The notes under the pieces: model-generated
What the model was told of the DNA's origin: nothing
The model's input: the letters and a program-made list of their open reading frames with translations, nothing else
Databases searched by the model: none
In this document: piece by piece, positions 28,601-36,467 of the stretch
How the letters are laid out: the number at the start of each line of letters is the position of its first letter
Position numbering within the stretch: position 1 is the stretch's first letter
Made by a program: the position numbers and the translations under genes
Assembly (NCBI GenBank): GCA_964590575.1
Contig: CAZPWM010000026.1
Location: forward strand, 1 to 37,030
Direction of reading: 5' to 3'
Origin: an uncultured archaeon
GTDB taxonomy: Archaea; Asgardarchaeota; Thorarchaeia; Thorarchaeales; Thorarchaeaceae
DNA length: 37,030 nucleotides

Positions 28601-30466
28601 TGAGTGGTCGATATCGAAACTTCGTGCGAAATATCCAATATTGTGGACTTCACTACCAGAAGCAGAATCATCAACAGACACATGTACTTCCCAGTTTCCA
28701 ACTCCTGCTGAAACAGCATCTAAATTAACATATGAGGTGATTGCATATCCACTCGAATCCACAACCACAGTTAGTGTATCCCATATTAGACCATCTGAAT
28801 CATAAATAGTGAAATTAACTTGGTCACCTTGATAACCTGTAGGAAGCACTGCGCGGAACCTAGTGTCTTCATTTGCTCTGAAAGTCTTGGTTTGTACCCA
28901 CTGTCCAATACCGTCATCCCATACTTGAAGATTGGTGACCATATTGGGTGAAGTCCCTCGTATCATCCAGAAACCATTCGGATCAGATAATCCAATTTCA
29001 TAGACGGATACATTGACCACGCCATCACCAGGGTTTCCCAAAGCCCAATTGCTAGTTAGGTTCGTATACCTATGGAATGGTTCCGAAACGAACGTAATAT
29101 CCCGATTCAATGGCAAGGTGACATTGAAGAAGAAGAAGTCACTATAACCACTTGGCACAGAAACATAATAATTCGTTTCCCAACTCACTTCCGTCGCGTT
29201 ACTCACAACATAATTGTCTCCTAACGTAATGAGTTCAGTATCATTAATCGTAGGTGTCTGTAACTTCCTGGCAAACACCCAGACATCAACATCAAAATTC
29301 ACAAAAATATCTAAATCTGGATCTGGAGGATTTGGAGTTGGAGTCCAAGAAAAGTTTGCCCAAGCAAGTCCTTGAGTCCATGGAGTGACGGGAGTGTATC
29401 TTGCGGTTCCTAGACCAAAAACTGGAATGGAACCCTGAAGGACATTGTCAACATCAACTCCATTCATTTGAAGATTGACATCTTCAGGTGTTGCCTTAGC
29501 AGTCACGTAAACTACAACATTGTCTAATCTTCCTTTTGGTATAATATCTGGTCTCCACCACTCAAGAGCAGTGGTTCTAAGTCCAGCCCAAATTGAAACA
29601 TTGGGTAATGTTAAGAAAGAAGTATCAATCTCAATATACCCGGTTGAGTACCAAGTCAGATCATCTTCAAAAGCGTCATATGGCAGGTGCCAAAGATAGG
29701 TTCCGCCATTATCTGGGTCACCAATTGAAACAAAGAGCTCAAAGAATCCAGTCATAATGCCCCATGCAACATCACCCCAATAATCCAATGAAATGCCAAT
29801 TGAAGATACGTCACCTCGATTAATGGAAAGGTTCTGAACCATGTATGATTTATCCCCAACTTCGTACCACCAACCACGTAGTCCTCCACCCTCATCATGA
29901 TAGTATCCAGTCATATCAAAATAAGCTGCACCATTTCCTGCTCCATGACTGTTAGCTTGCCATTCTGATGTGAAAGCATTATCATAGGTCGGACCACTCC
30001 CAAAGATTGAAGGTTCATCGTGGGATAGAAAAGTCCAGTTAGTGCTATCATCCAGTCCGGGATTTTCTATCCAGTTTCTATTCTCAGTGACACTTGTGAT
30101 ATTGGTGTACACATCGTAACCTTCCCAACCACTGCCCAGTGGTACGGATAGGTCAGCTGTTGTTGTAGTCTGACTTGCGGATACATAATCCATCTGTTTG
30201 TCAGTGAATGTATCAATGCGGATTCCTGATTCATCAGCCAACAACGGATCACCTGTTCCTGACTGTTGAGTTGGTATATCAGAAAGAGCATATTCTGTGA
30301 TCACTTCATCCGGAGCAATCTGAATGACCTCTCCGTTTGAGAGCTCGACAGTTTTGCTATCCGCAGATTCTTGTGTAAATGCCAATGGATTTTCAGGTAT
30401 GATAAGTATACCTAAAAATAAGGGCAGAAACACAATAAGCAAACCTATCATCTTCTTTAGCTTCAT
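22619..30466 (-). CDS. Giant single-pass surface protein A (2615 aa), colinear paralog of B
   Basis: Same architecture as B, with TM FGTIGILAIAALAALYF. Its stop overlaps the start of B (ATGA at 22622-22619). Confidence 0.85.
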   Translation of the reverse strand: MKLKKMIGLLIVFLPLFLGILIIPENPLAFTQESADSKTVELSNGEVIQIAPDEVITEYALSDIPTQQSGTGDPLLADESGIRIDTFTDKQMDYVSASQTTTTADLSVPLGSGWEGYDVYTNITSVTENRNWIENPGLDDSTNWTFLSHDEPSIFGSGPTYDNAFTSEWQANSHGAGNGAAYFDMTGYYHDEGGGLRGWWYEVGDKSYMVQNLSINRGDVSSIGISLDYWGDVAWGIMTGFFELFVSIGDPDNGGTYLWHLPYDAFEDDLTWYSTGYIEIDTSFLTLPNVSIWAGLRTTALEWWRPDIIPKGRLDNVVVYVTAKATPEDVNLQMNGVDVDNVLQGSIPVFGLGTARYTPVTPWTQGLAWANFSWTPTPNPPDPDLDIFVNFDVDVWVFARKLQTPTINDTELITLGDNYVVSNATEVSWETNYYVSVPSGYSDFFFFNVTLPLNRDITFVSEPFHRYTNLTSNWALGNPGDGVVNVSVYEIGLSDPNGFWMIRGTSPNMVTNLQVWDDGIGQWVQTKTFRANEDTRFRAVLPTGYQGDQVNFTIYDSDGLIWDTLTVVVDSSGYAITSYVNLDAVSAGVGNWEVHVSVDDSASGSEVHNIGYFARSFDIDHSTQMTVKYPISGQTTWSYNVTFGEIVFLQFRVNDTDNGALLPAGVMTYSGDFGSGTVNDMGTGEYSVTLDTSILSSNGQYDVDLDWTKANYDSLLETFTVNVIYDTDLYSSDAPGINVPSGYDADLHVYFEDMLAQPVTTASISCNWSQSYSIVEESAGHYVLSLDTTGESLGIYPIRITSAKNYFESRSIILTVNVRELHTSAIPSSSLLSLPVGYTTSFRITYRDTDFLAPITGAASAISCNWSDIHESGDQNYTVTETATPGVYEVVIYSMDDDILDSYDVVFMVEKYGAQNQSFVVTVELRTHLTSFYLNNAVDPTPYTGNITVGLVYYDVDATTGIVNGTTLGGYVELIITSPTLPSPAYYVFSISPEGLYIIHIPANQWGDTGIIDLDITMNWVGVNLKYSNLSLSTTVRITAAPSDIYIGESPVNTAFGEDVSFSIIYFDIGGDTGIVNTTGPYAGNLHIYIDVLTPGQTLTQADMIILEIDFATRPGEYRITFDTDLLTGLGECELRVWLNWSSGQLPYYNNKVIVVTVYASQRLTTVDWNPLPLTPYDETVNLTLTYRDSLTGLPIQNSSQLTITIPGYSFNIYYDGDATGLFIIEVDTLAFTPGSHTFTINVEWVGAPFHQNRTGVQIRISVRERYTSLTHGTYSPMEFGRTLNLNFTFRDLDDYTTLNMDGGTLSLDAWLEFYYTVDDIGNGTYTLHLDTSAFGLIGTFNVNVSILYGGTRYCADATDLFYLTLVVRRTQLTSDLPDLAPFLTQANITVYYTDDSTGSGISGAQVIASCPAASTPLQLGVNYWVDDNLDGSYTVHIDTVALGNFGPYSITITVSWTAGEPFYQTRIRNVAIEVSRRPASLTVTKSPLNTPFLANVTFEVSVTDGLTDTGIAFDKSNLILTHNGGTVITSSQYSITGSNGVYTISISSLVLSSVLVDEYPIFVKFVWGDVSPYFSNSTTSTEVTIIGRFTQGTVLQTPPGYYYFNISALLRFSDYLTGTPVSGATLTIKCLNTTSFTHWEIDNLDGTYTALIDSNTLAGLGRFFFEANFTWTGSPYYSNVTGLRFSINVNPVSTSLNFVLPGSVTYYLGDVVYANITYTAIAFGTGIAGATITTDWETLYGTNYTITTIAPGIYQMAINTSGLDAQLYRFTVNATKSQYLSQSISADILLAAIPVQIELVFSPPNPVWGDLVQIQANVTNLLTGQPVIGAYVNLTIATISCNLTWVIDGLYNCTVDTSSFSSGEYTITVESSLVNFESRVRDFQIRIEKIPAKITASLDPQTAVNGQIVTIEVDYLIYSSSLPIEDVGYVTYSWVGGTGVLSWSAVDGKYIVDFQVSGASVGSHQILVQASSANFKSVSYQLTIEITEIATQLVPISSSVETVNFRDFTNITVYLNNTDLNLPVDGATISFGVGPIVGNLTELGTPGYYSAYINTSYLSVQEWTVSISSVKPGFAPSSIQFTLRIENIETSIELYNTPATLAGNYGETVTFYFIFTDTHASEGIPGAITNYTLEHVRGSLVELGNGMYSLTIDTSVVSAGGVPHDITVSFRKDNYDFAYGLVKLLVNPIPTEIIGSLTAEFAVYDNYSIIFSFNDTLNNEWITDAYATITWEFGTAVLTNLNNGSYLFGPSEANLPTPLQDRVVPYILSLAISRGNYSRNVVSVTLTIREIATEVYWDPLPSIIQVGDIILVNFTYWDTDHNVPIQDADLNPFSTSSFATDPGLVRELNLDVDYGNGTYTLAFRAPNLAFYTLQIDVSKVDYALYSLSFDIYTALSPEQEALVMGFQFGTIGILAIAALAALYFRVLSVPRLLRIIRRMIAVLSKGRIPKPANVRLRREMLLDIMNEDLSPIGIQKSMHDISISTVDVAAMDVEDLLSDLATVVGLTPTDVETLRQDLDKMRPSERAGFINEVLKQERSRRARELADAERVAEEGVPAEVEEARLSDEELVHLKERLLNMGIEETEAELMIEQAKNLSRAEIDALLREIGGMEE

Positions 30467-30645
30467 CGAATGGTCTCCTCAATGGGCATGTATACGACTA
30501 AGTCGACTGGATGGTTCAAAAGTGTCTTACCTCTATATGAATAGATGTGTGTTATAGAAATCGACGAGCCTTTCGATTTTTCGAGAGTTAAATGAATATG
30601 CCCTCATATCATGTAATTTGAACTCAAGATCTCTGCTTCGAGTAA

Positions 30646-32808
30646 TCACTCTCTCCGGCGTATCACTAAGACGCCCACTACAATGACAACAGCTGCAACA
30701 CAAGCCATAATCGTTAGAGTCATGATAAAATCTGGAGTAAAAGGAGGGGGTTCCGTATTGACGAGGGCAGTAATTTTTCCACCCTCGACCATGTTCATTC
30801 CCCAATCCCATGCAATCACCCACATTGTAAGATTCAATGTGTAGCTAGCAGCAGGCACCAAAATGAACCAATTATTTCCGTCATATGACATTGGAAGTTC
30901 ATAGATGCCACTTTGATCAATCTGGACATAAAGAGTTACATTCTCCACTCCAGCCAAATTGTCCGTAACATGCGCCCAGTAGGTGAAATTGTCTGATCCA
31001 ATTTCTAATGGTTCTGTACCCCAAGCATCGATAGCAGGAGGAGTATCATCGAGAGTTGAATACAACATTCGCTTAGTCCAGTCTCTGGCATCTTCTAGTG
31101 CATCATATGCTCCAAGCCAGTCCATTACATTGTAGAGTTCTATTGCTTTATCAAATGCATCACTAGCAGCTTGTTCTGCAACGTATGTTTCTGGCCGCTC
31201 GGCTACTCCGAGTTTTCCCTGTTCTTCAAGAAAGTTAATCCAGAGCTCTGACTCCATTTGATCTAAGTATGTTCCCTGCACCCAGTTCTTATCAAAAGTA
31301 GATGTACCATTGTGAAAGGCAAAGTAACCCATGGGCCCGAATGAAAAGTCGCTTGAATAATGCTCATGCTGCCAAGTGTGGTGAAATCCAATAGCGTGCA
31401 TGGTCTCATGAAGTTGAATAGACGAGATTCCATCCTTCGGAGTGATGCCATCTGGACGGTAGTATCTCTCCCATGATTTCCAGATGACCGTCTGTCCTCC
31501 ACCCCCTAAACCAGTATATGTCCTATTATCGGCATGCATCTCCATTTGCTTCTTGATGAATACAACTCCGAAAACATTGATGTTATCGTCATCAGCCACA
31601 TAAGAAGGACGCATCAAGCTTCGAATCACGTAGAACATGTTGTATCCATCAGCAATGGTCGTTCCATTTGAATCAATAGATGCGTAAGTCCAGAAGAGTG
31701 ACTCCCAATCAGGTTCATTGCGAAAATCGAGATACTCAACATCCACTGTCCATGGTATGAATGGATACAGTTCTTCAAGGTGAGCCTTCTGCATCTCCGC
31801 ATCTGTCACCCATTCAAGACTCTCAACCGAGGTCCCAGTAGCAACATCCATTGCGAAAACTAAGGCTTTCAGGGTTCCTGATTCTACATAAGACGCAGGT
31901 TGATGTTGATATGGGAAGAACAGTAGATTGATTGGATCCCAGATACATTCTCTCAAGTAAACATTGAGCGCGTCAACATCAGCAGGAATTGCGAGATTCA
32001 GAAACCCAACTTTGTCTTCCAAATCTTGAGTCCAGAAATCATACTCTGTGAAGATATCCTCACTCCACCAAATTCGGCACCATTTCAAGTACCACTGATG
32101 AGCGCTTGGATCAACAACGAATGTGTTGTATCGTCCACCAAAGAATGGGTAGTCCATTGTGACATTGGGATTCATTGAGTTATCCCATTCGAGTCTGAAC
32201 CAATCCTGTTTCTCGCCTGTGTCAGGATCAATTGGATGGTAATCATACCAATGTTCAAGGCTATGGTCTTCACTATCAAACTCTGAGAAATTTACCAAGT
32301 AGAGCGTGTATCCTAAGGTGGGTGGGATCATGTATGGATTTTCTTCAAGCCAATCCTCAATAGCATATCCATCAATCACGCGACCGCTCCGAGGATAGAA
32401 TATTCTCTGTGGTTCATCTAAATTGATTTTCTGATACGACAATGCACTCTCGTTAAGTCTGGTTCCAGTATCAGTTCCATTGATTGAGTTGTCAAGCATC
32501 TCCTGTCGAAGGTCATCGACGTATGTTGAATCTGCATATGCAATAGTGTAATCTATGTTGTAAGTGATGTGAAGATCCTCAGGATAGTAATCTCGAACCG
32601 TAGGCATCCCCTGTAAAAGAATGGTTTCATCAATATACGCAGGGTCATACCCTACTATAACGATGTTTGCAGTCCAATCCCTGACAATAGGTACAAGACC
32701 TTGGCTGAGGGTCGTAGTTTCAATGGTCTGCGTCGAGGTGGTCTCATAACTGTACGGGATTGTTACTAGAAAGAAGATAGTAATGACAAGAACAAGAGTG
32801 CGACGCAT
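30646..32808 (-). CDS. Exported, C-terminally membrane-anchored zinc metalloprotease (metzincin-like)
   Basis: Signal peptide. HETMHAIGFHH fits HExxHxxGxxH (31378-31410) and is followed by a Met-turn-like GPMGY. Then a helical segment, an Ig-like domain and TM+RRRE. Confidence 0.8.
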   Translation of the reverse strand: MRRTLVLVITIFFLVTIPYSYETTSTQTIETTTLSQGLVPIVRDWTANIVIVGYDPAYIDETILLQGMPTVRDYYPEDLHITYNIDYTIAYADSTYVDDLRQEMLDNSINGTDTGTRLNESALSYQKINLDEPQRIFYPRSGRVIDGYAIEDWLEENPYMIPPTLGYTLYLVNFSEFDSEDHSLEHWYDYHPIDPDTGEKQDWFRLEWDNSMNPNVTMDYPFFGGRYNTFVVDPSAHQWYLKWCRIWWSEDIFTEYDFWTQDLEDKVGFLNLAIPADVDALNVYLRECIWDPINLLFFPYQHQPASYVESGTLKALVFAMDVATGTSVESLEWVTDAEMQKAHLEELYPFIPWTVDVEYLDFRNEPDWESLFWTYASIDSNGTTIADGYNMFYVIRSLMRPSYVADDDNINVFGVVFIKKQMEMHADNRTYTGLGGGGQTVIWKSWERYYRPDGITPKDGISSIQLHETMHAIGFHHTWQHEHYSSDFSFGPMGYFAFHNGTSTFDKNWVQGTYLDQMESELWINFLEEQGKLGVAERPETYVAEQAASDAFDKAIELYNVMDWLGAYDALEDARDWTKRMLYSTLDDTPPAIDAWGTEPLEIGSDNFTYWAHVTDNLAGVENVTLYVQIDQSGIYELPMSYDGNNWFILVPAASYTLNLTMWVIAWDWGMNMVEGGKITALVNTEPPPFTPDFIMTLTIMACVAAVVIVVGVLVIRRRE

Positions 32809-32932
32809 ATCCTACATTCTAGAACTTGACCATATTAACAAAATGGTTCAAGTACCCGCGAGGACAATGTCTTCAGGTGATACGAATATATACACGTATA
32901 TTATATTAAGAACTATGAATCTGATTTAGCTG

Positions 32933-33047
32933 TGCGTCGGTTAAGATAAATTCCATCGGTAATCCTCGCTATACCCTCTCGGGTTGTCGCGCTCGTTTCC
33001 GCAGGCTAGCGCAGAGATGCATCGATCCCCCAGATTCTGCCGGCGCA
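32933..33047 (-). ncRNA. Candidate structured non-coding or cis-regulatory RNA (strand uncertain)
   Basis: 57% GC by hand count with nested stems. The minus strand shows a three-way junction with cgGAAAcg and acccGAGAgggt GNRA hairpins. Confidence 0.4.
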
Positions 33048-33149
33048 TCCTCCTCACCAATATTCGTTCTAATATCTCAACTATTTAGTGTCTATCAGGT
33101 ACTCTTAAATCGAAGGTGAATTCCCTCGACCCTCACCGGAGACACCTAA

Positions 33150-34586
33150 ATGACCCAGACAAAGAAGCTTTCGATTTCTGAAATCCTCGATATCAAATCA
33201 GTGGCCATAATTGGAGTTTCCCAAAGTATGGGCTACTACTGGGCACATTCAATGTTGCAATGGGAGCATGACCTCAGAGTGTGGCTTGTTTCCAAACGTG
33301 AAGGAGAAGTCTTGAACCACAAAATACTGACGAGTATTGAAGACATCCCCGAGAAGATTGATTATGCCATAATCAGAGTTCCATATAGAGCAGTACCCCA
33401 AACCTTGAGAGAGTGTCATAAGCAAGGTGCGAAAGGTGTCACAATATTCACAAGCGGGTTTTCTGAACTCGGGACTGAAGAAGGCAGGCAACGAGAGAAT
33501 GAGGTTCTCAAGATACTTGAAGAAACTGGAATGAGAGCATTTGGACCTAATTGTATGGGGTTGATGTATCCGAAAATAGGATTCTCATTCATGCCAACTG
33601 TAAAGAGACTCTCTGGAAATGTGGGATTTCTCTCACAATCAGGTGGTGTAGCAATAACTAGCTACACTGCAGGTGTTGAGGCGGGAGTAGGTTTCAGTAA
33701 AGTCTTCAGCTTCGGAAACCAAGTTGACATTACCCCGCAAGAGCTTCTGGATTACTTCCAAGATGATGACGAAACTTCGGTAATTGGAGCATATATTGAG
33801 GGTGCCAAGAATGGTAAGCAGATTCTTGATTCTATGACGCGAATAGCACGTGAGAAACCGCTAGTAGTTCTAAAGGGCGGTCGGTCATCTGAAGGTTCTC
33901 GTGCAGCGGCGTCTCATACAGGAGCCCTTGCAGGAAACAGAGAGATCTGGAGTGCAGCTTTTAGTCAAGCTAATGTTCCAACAGTTAACACGATTGAAGA
34001 CCTGGTGGCAACTTTAAGCATCTTCTCATTGAGTCCAAAACCTAAATCAAGAAACGTGGGAATTGTGGCAATTAGTGGTGGAACAAGTGTCATCTATACA
34101 GACCTATGTATAGAGAAGGGTCTCACGGTTCCAAATACTTCTGAGGAAACAATCAAGAAATTGGACCCATTGATCTTGGATGTGGGAACAGGTTTAGGAA
34201 ATCCAATAGACCTCGCTGCAGATTACTACCAAGATCAGACAACATCAGAAGTGATTAGAATCGTTGGAGAAGAAACCAGGTTTGATTCATTGATTCTCAG
34301 CGCGGATGTTCATAACATGTACCAAGCGGCTTCCATCATGGGAGCCACAGATGTTCTACTAGACTACTGGAAAGCAATGGCTGAAGCAGCCAAACAGGTT
34401 GTAGAAAAGGAAGGCAAGCCAGTTCTTGTAGCAATCCCCGAAGTGGCGTATACACTACCAAGGGCTGACGCATGGAGTGCATTTGTTGGCGGTCGACTTC
34501 CAGTTTTTCGGAACATCAACGAAGCAGTAAGTGCATTGGTTCGAGTTTGTGACTACTATGAAACCAGAGAACGAAGAAACTCCTAG
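33150..34586 (+). CDS. Acyl-CoA synthetase (NDP-forming) alpha subunit, AcdA-like
   Basis: CoA-binding N-terminus, SGFSE, GPNCMG, SQSGG, YIEG, KGG...AAASHTGALAG (phospho-His) and NPIDL motifs. Confidence 0.9.
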   Translation: MTQTKKLSISEILDIKSVAIIGVSQSMGYYWAHSMLQWEHDLRVWLVSKREGEVLNHKILTSIEDIPEKIDYAIIRVPYRAVPQTLRECHKQGAKGVTIFTSGFSELGTEEGRQRENEVLKILEETGMRAFGPNCMGLMYPKIGFSFMPTVKRLSGNVGFLSQSGGVAITSYTAGVEAGVGFSKVFSFGNQVDITPQELLDYFQDDDETSVIGAYIEGAKNGKQILDSMTRIAREKPLVVLKGGRSSEGSRAAASHTGALAGNREIWSAAFSQANVPTVNTIEDLVATLSIFSLSPKPKSRNVGIVAISGGTSVIYTDLCIEKGLTVPNTSEETIKKLDPLILDVGTGLGNPIDLAADYYQDQTTSEVIRIVGEETRFDSLILSADVHNMYQAASIMGATDVLLDYWKAMAEAAKQVVEKEGKPVLVAIPEVAYTLPRADAWSAFVGGRLPVFRNINEAVSALVRVCDYYETRERRNS

Positions 34587-34588
34587 TT

Positions 34589-35221
34589 CTATGCTTTGAC
34601 AATCCATTTGACTAGTTCTGCATCAACTGGATTTTCATTTACAAAAGTCTCCCTATATATTGGGTTCCTCATTGCTAACCAGACATATTGTAGCTCAAAA
34701 TCAAAACCGATGATTCTTATGGAATCCTCTAGGGCAGATGGACAGAAGGCAACATAAACAAATAATCCCGAGAGAAGTAGGACAAGCAGGTATGAATAAA
34801 CCCACGGGCTCACTGGTCTTCCAGCCCAATAATCAGCCCCCGTAAAAATCAGCGCAAGCACCGAGAAGGCAACTACAATCGATGCGACAAGAGTAGCAAG
34901 GCCACGCGCTCTCATTTCAGCATTATCTGCGACCGAATGATCCTCACAGACTTCCACTAAGAAACTCTTTGATTCTGTATCAGCTAATTGGTTCTTTCCC
35001 CAAGGATTAAACCCATGATCCCAACCGGGTTGTAGCCAAACTTTTCTTCTAGGATTGATCGTGATACGCGCGGTTTTTGAAGTAGGGTGCCCACAAACTG
35101 GACAGGATTTAGGAAATCGGATTCTACTGACCTTAGCTCGAACAAGCGGTTCATCAAAATAGTAACGACGTCTTGTTGTTGTCAAGGTTAGATTCACCGG
35201 AGTTAGAAAGACTCTTACCAA
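34589..35221 (-). CDS. Hypothetical two-TM protein with a possible Zn site
   Basis: FPKSCPVCG...VCEDH followed by two hydrophobic helices. Confidence 0.7.
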   Translation of the reverse strand: MVRVFLTPVNLTLTTTRRRYYFDEPLVRAKVSRIRFPKSCPVCGHPTSKTARITINPRRKVWLQPGWDHGFNPWGKNQLADTESKSFLVEVCEDHSVADNAEMRARGLATLVASIVVAFSVLALIFTGADYWAGRPVSPWVYSYLLVLLLSGLFVYVAFCPSALEDSIRIIGFDFELQYVWLAMRNPIYRETFVNENPVDAELVKWIVKA

Positions 35222-35261
35222 GCTAATTGAGTCTTACGAAAAAGGTAAGAATATCAAATTC

Positions 35262-36392
35262 TCATAGGTATGCTCTCTCTATCAGATTGAAGACAAAGTG
35301 TTTCATGCTTTGAGAAACAACCATTGGCTCTTTAATTTCATCAGTTTCAAGTGATTCGACCTCACAGGTATTAATTGAGAATCCAAGGTCTTCGAGACTT
35401 TGTTTTACCTTTTCAAGTTCGACCCCAAAATGTCTAATCCCAATACCCAATACTTCAAGAATCTTGTAGCCATAATGAGTCAGCCATAGAGCATTCATTA
35501 AGGAAGTACTACCCCTAGTGAGAATTGTAGTATTTTCGATTTCCAGTTTTCTAGCCTCTGCTATCTTAGCTATAAGCTTTGAGGCTCGCGTTTCCTTCAT
35601 TACCTCTATGTCCAGAAAAAGTGTTGGTCCTCCATTGGAAATCTGTTCATCAAGAAGTTCTACAGCATTGTCATAGATTATTTCTCTAGCTGTTTCATAA
35701 TCAATTGAATCATTAGTGTTTTCAAGTAATTTTGCAGGATTGCCATCATATCCAGCAAGCTCCTCCATTCCAAAACCAATTAAGAAACCCCGTTGTATTG
35801 CATACCAATCGTTTTCTGTAATTTGATTCAAGACCGTCAAAATCCTTTCCCGAATCTCCGACCACTCCATTTTCTTTGCTAAGGTCTCATATGAAACCCA
35901 CATCAGAACTGGAGGTGATGTCCATGGTGCTCTATCAGGTCGAACCAGCAAGAATCTCTCAGCGAGCTGGTTGTTAGTGAGTAGATAGCGAAGCAGATTG
36001 TCAGAATAAATCACAACTGATGAATCGAGTAAAACGTGTGAGCTCGCAAAAACTGGTGTGAGATCAAGAGATTGGATACGGTTTTGTGTAAGATTTACTC
36101 GAAACAGTGCACTACAACTGCATAATGGCCATAGATCCAGCGTTCGTAAATGATTGTTCTCAACACGGAGTTCGACTATTGTATTGTTTTCAGAGAGTGG
36201 AGAGAGATCAAGTTCTTCGAGCATGTTATTAGCCAAGTTTAAGGTCAAGAGCCGGTTACACTTTCGCAGATGTGAAAGATCCACCTTAATTGCAGCTCGC
36301 ATTGTCAGGTCAATATTATTGTCGTCGCACAGAAATTTTCTTTCTTCTTGCCTTCCATGTGGACTCCAATACCTTATGATAATTTCTTCCAT
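35262..36392 (-). CDS. Leucine-rich repeat protein with a helical C-terminal domain
   Basis: Repeats of about 23 aa: LLTLNLANNMLEELDLSPL, IVELRVENNHLRTLDLWPL and LFRVNLTQNRIQSLDLTPV. Confidence 0.88.
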   Translation of the reverse strand: MEEIIIRYWSPHGRQEERKFLCDDNNIDLTMRAAIKVDLSHLRKCNRLLTLNLANNMLEELDLSPLSENNTIVELRVENNHLRTLDLWPLCSCSALFRVNLTQNRIQSLDLTPVFASSHVLLDSSVVIYSDNLLRYLLTNNQLAERFLLVRPDRAPWTSPPVLMWVSYETLAKKMEWSEIRERILTVLNQITENDWYAIQRGFLIGFGMEELAGYDGNPAKLLENTNDSIDYETAREIIYDNAVELLDEQISNGGPTLFLDIEVMKETRASKLIAKIAEARKLEIENTTILTRGSTSLMNALWLTHYGYKILEVLGIGIRHFGVELEKVKQSLEDLGFSINTCEVESLETDEIKEPMVVSQSMKHFVFNLIERAYL

Positions 36393-36467
36393 CTACTATT
36401 CTACCTAAGCTTCGAAGAATAGAATTCCTGATAAATGAAATCCATCCCAAATCATATGACAAAGCGT

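Noticed and set aside
14871-30466. Assembly duplication or DNA-level tandem repeats explaining the giant pair
   Set aside because: The two genes and their internal repeats are highly diverged at both protein and DNA level.
14878-30557. Antisense and off-frame ORFs within the giant genes, including the 187-aa ORF at 14878-15441
   Set aside because: Ser/Ile-rich shadow ORFs of charged or repetitive coding sequence, with no motifs.
32950-33012. Resemblance to SRP helix 8 (CGGAAACG.AGC) or to the 3' end of a c-di-GMP-I riboswitch
   Set aside because: The SRP symmetric-loop AGG/AGCA, helix order and length are missing. The GGCAAAC...GACGCAAA riboswitch core is absent. A cmscan run would settle it.
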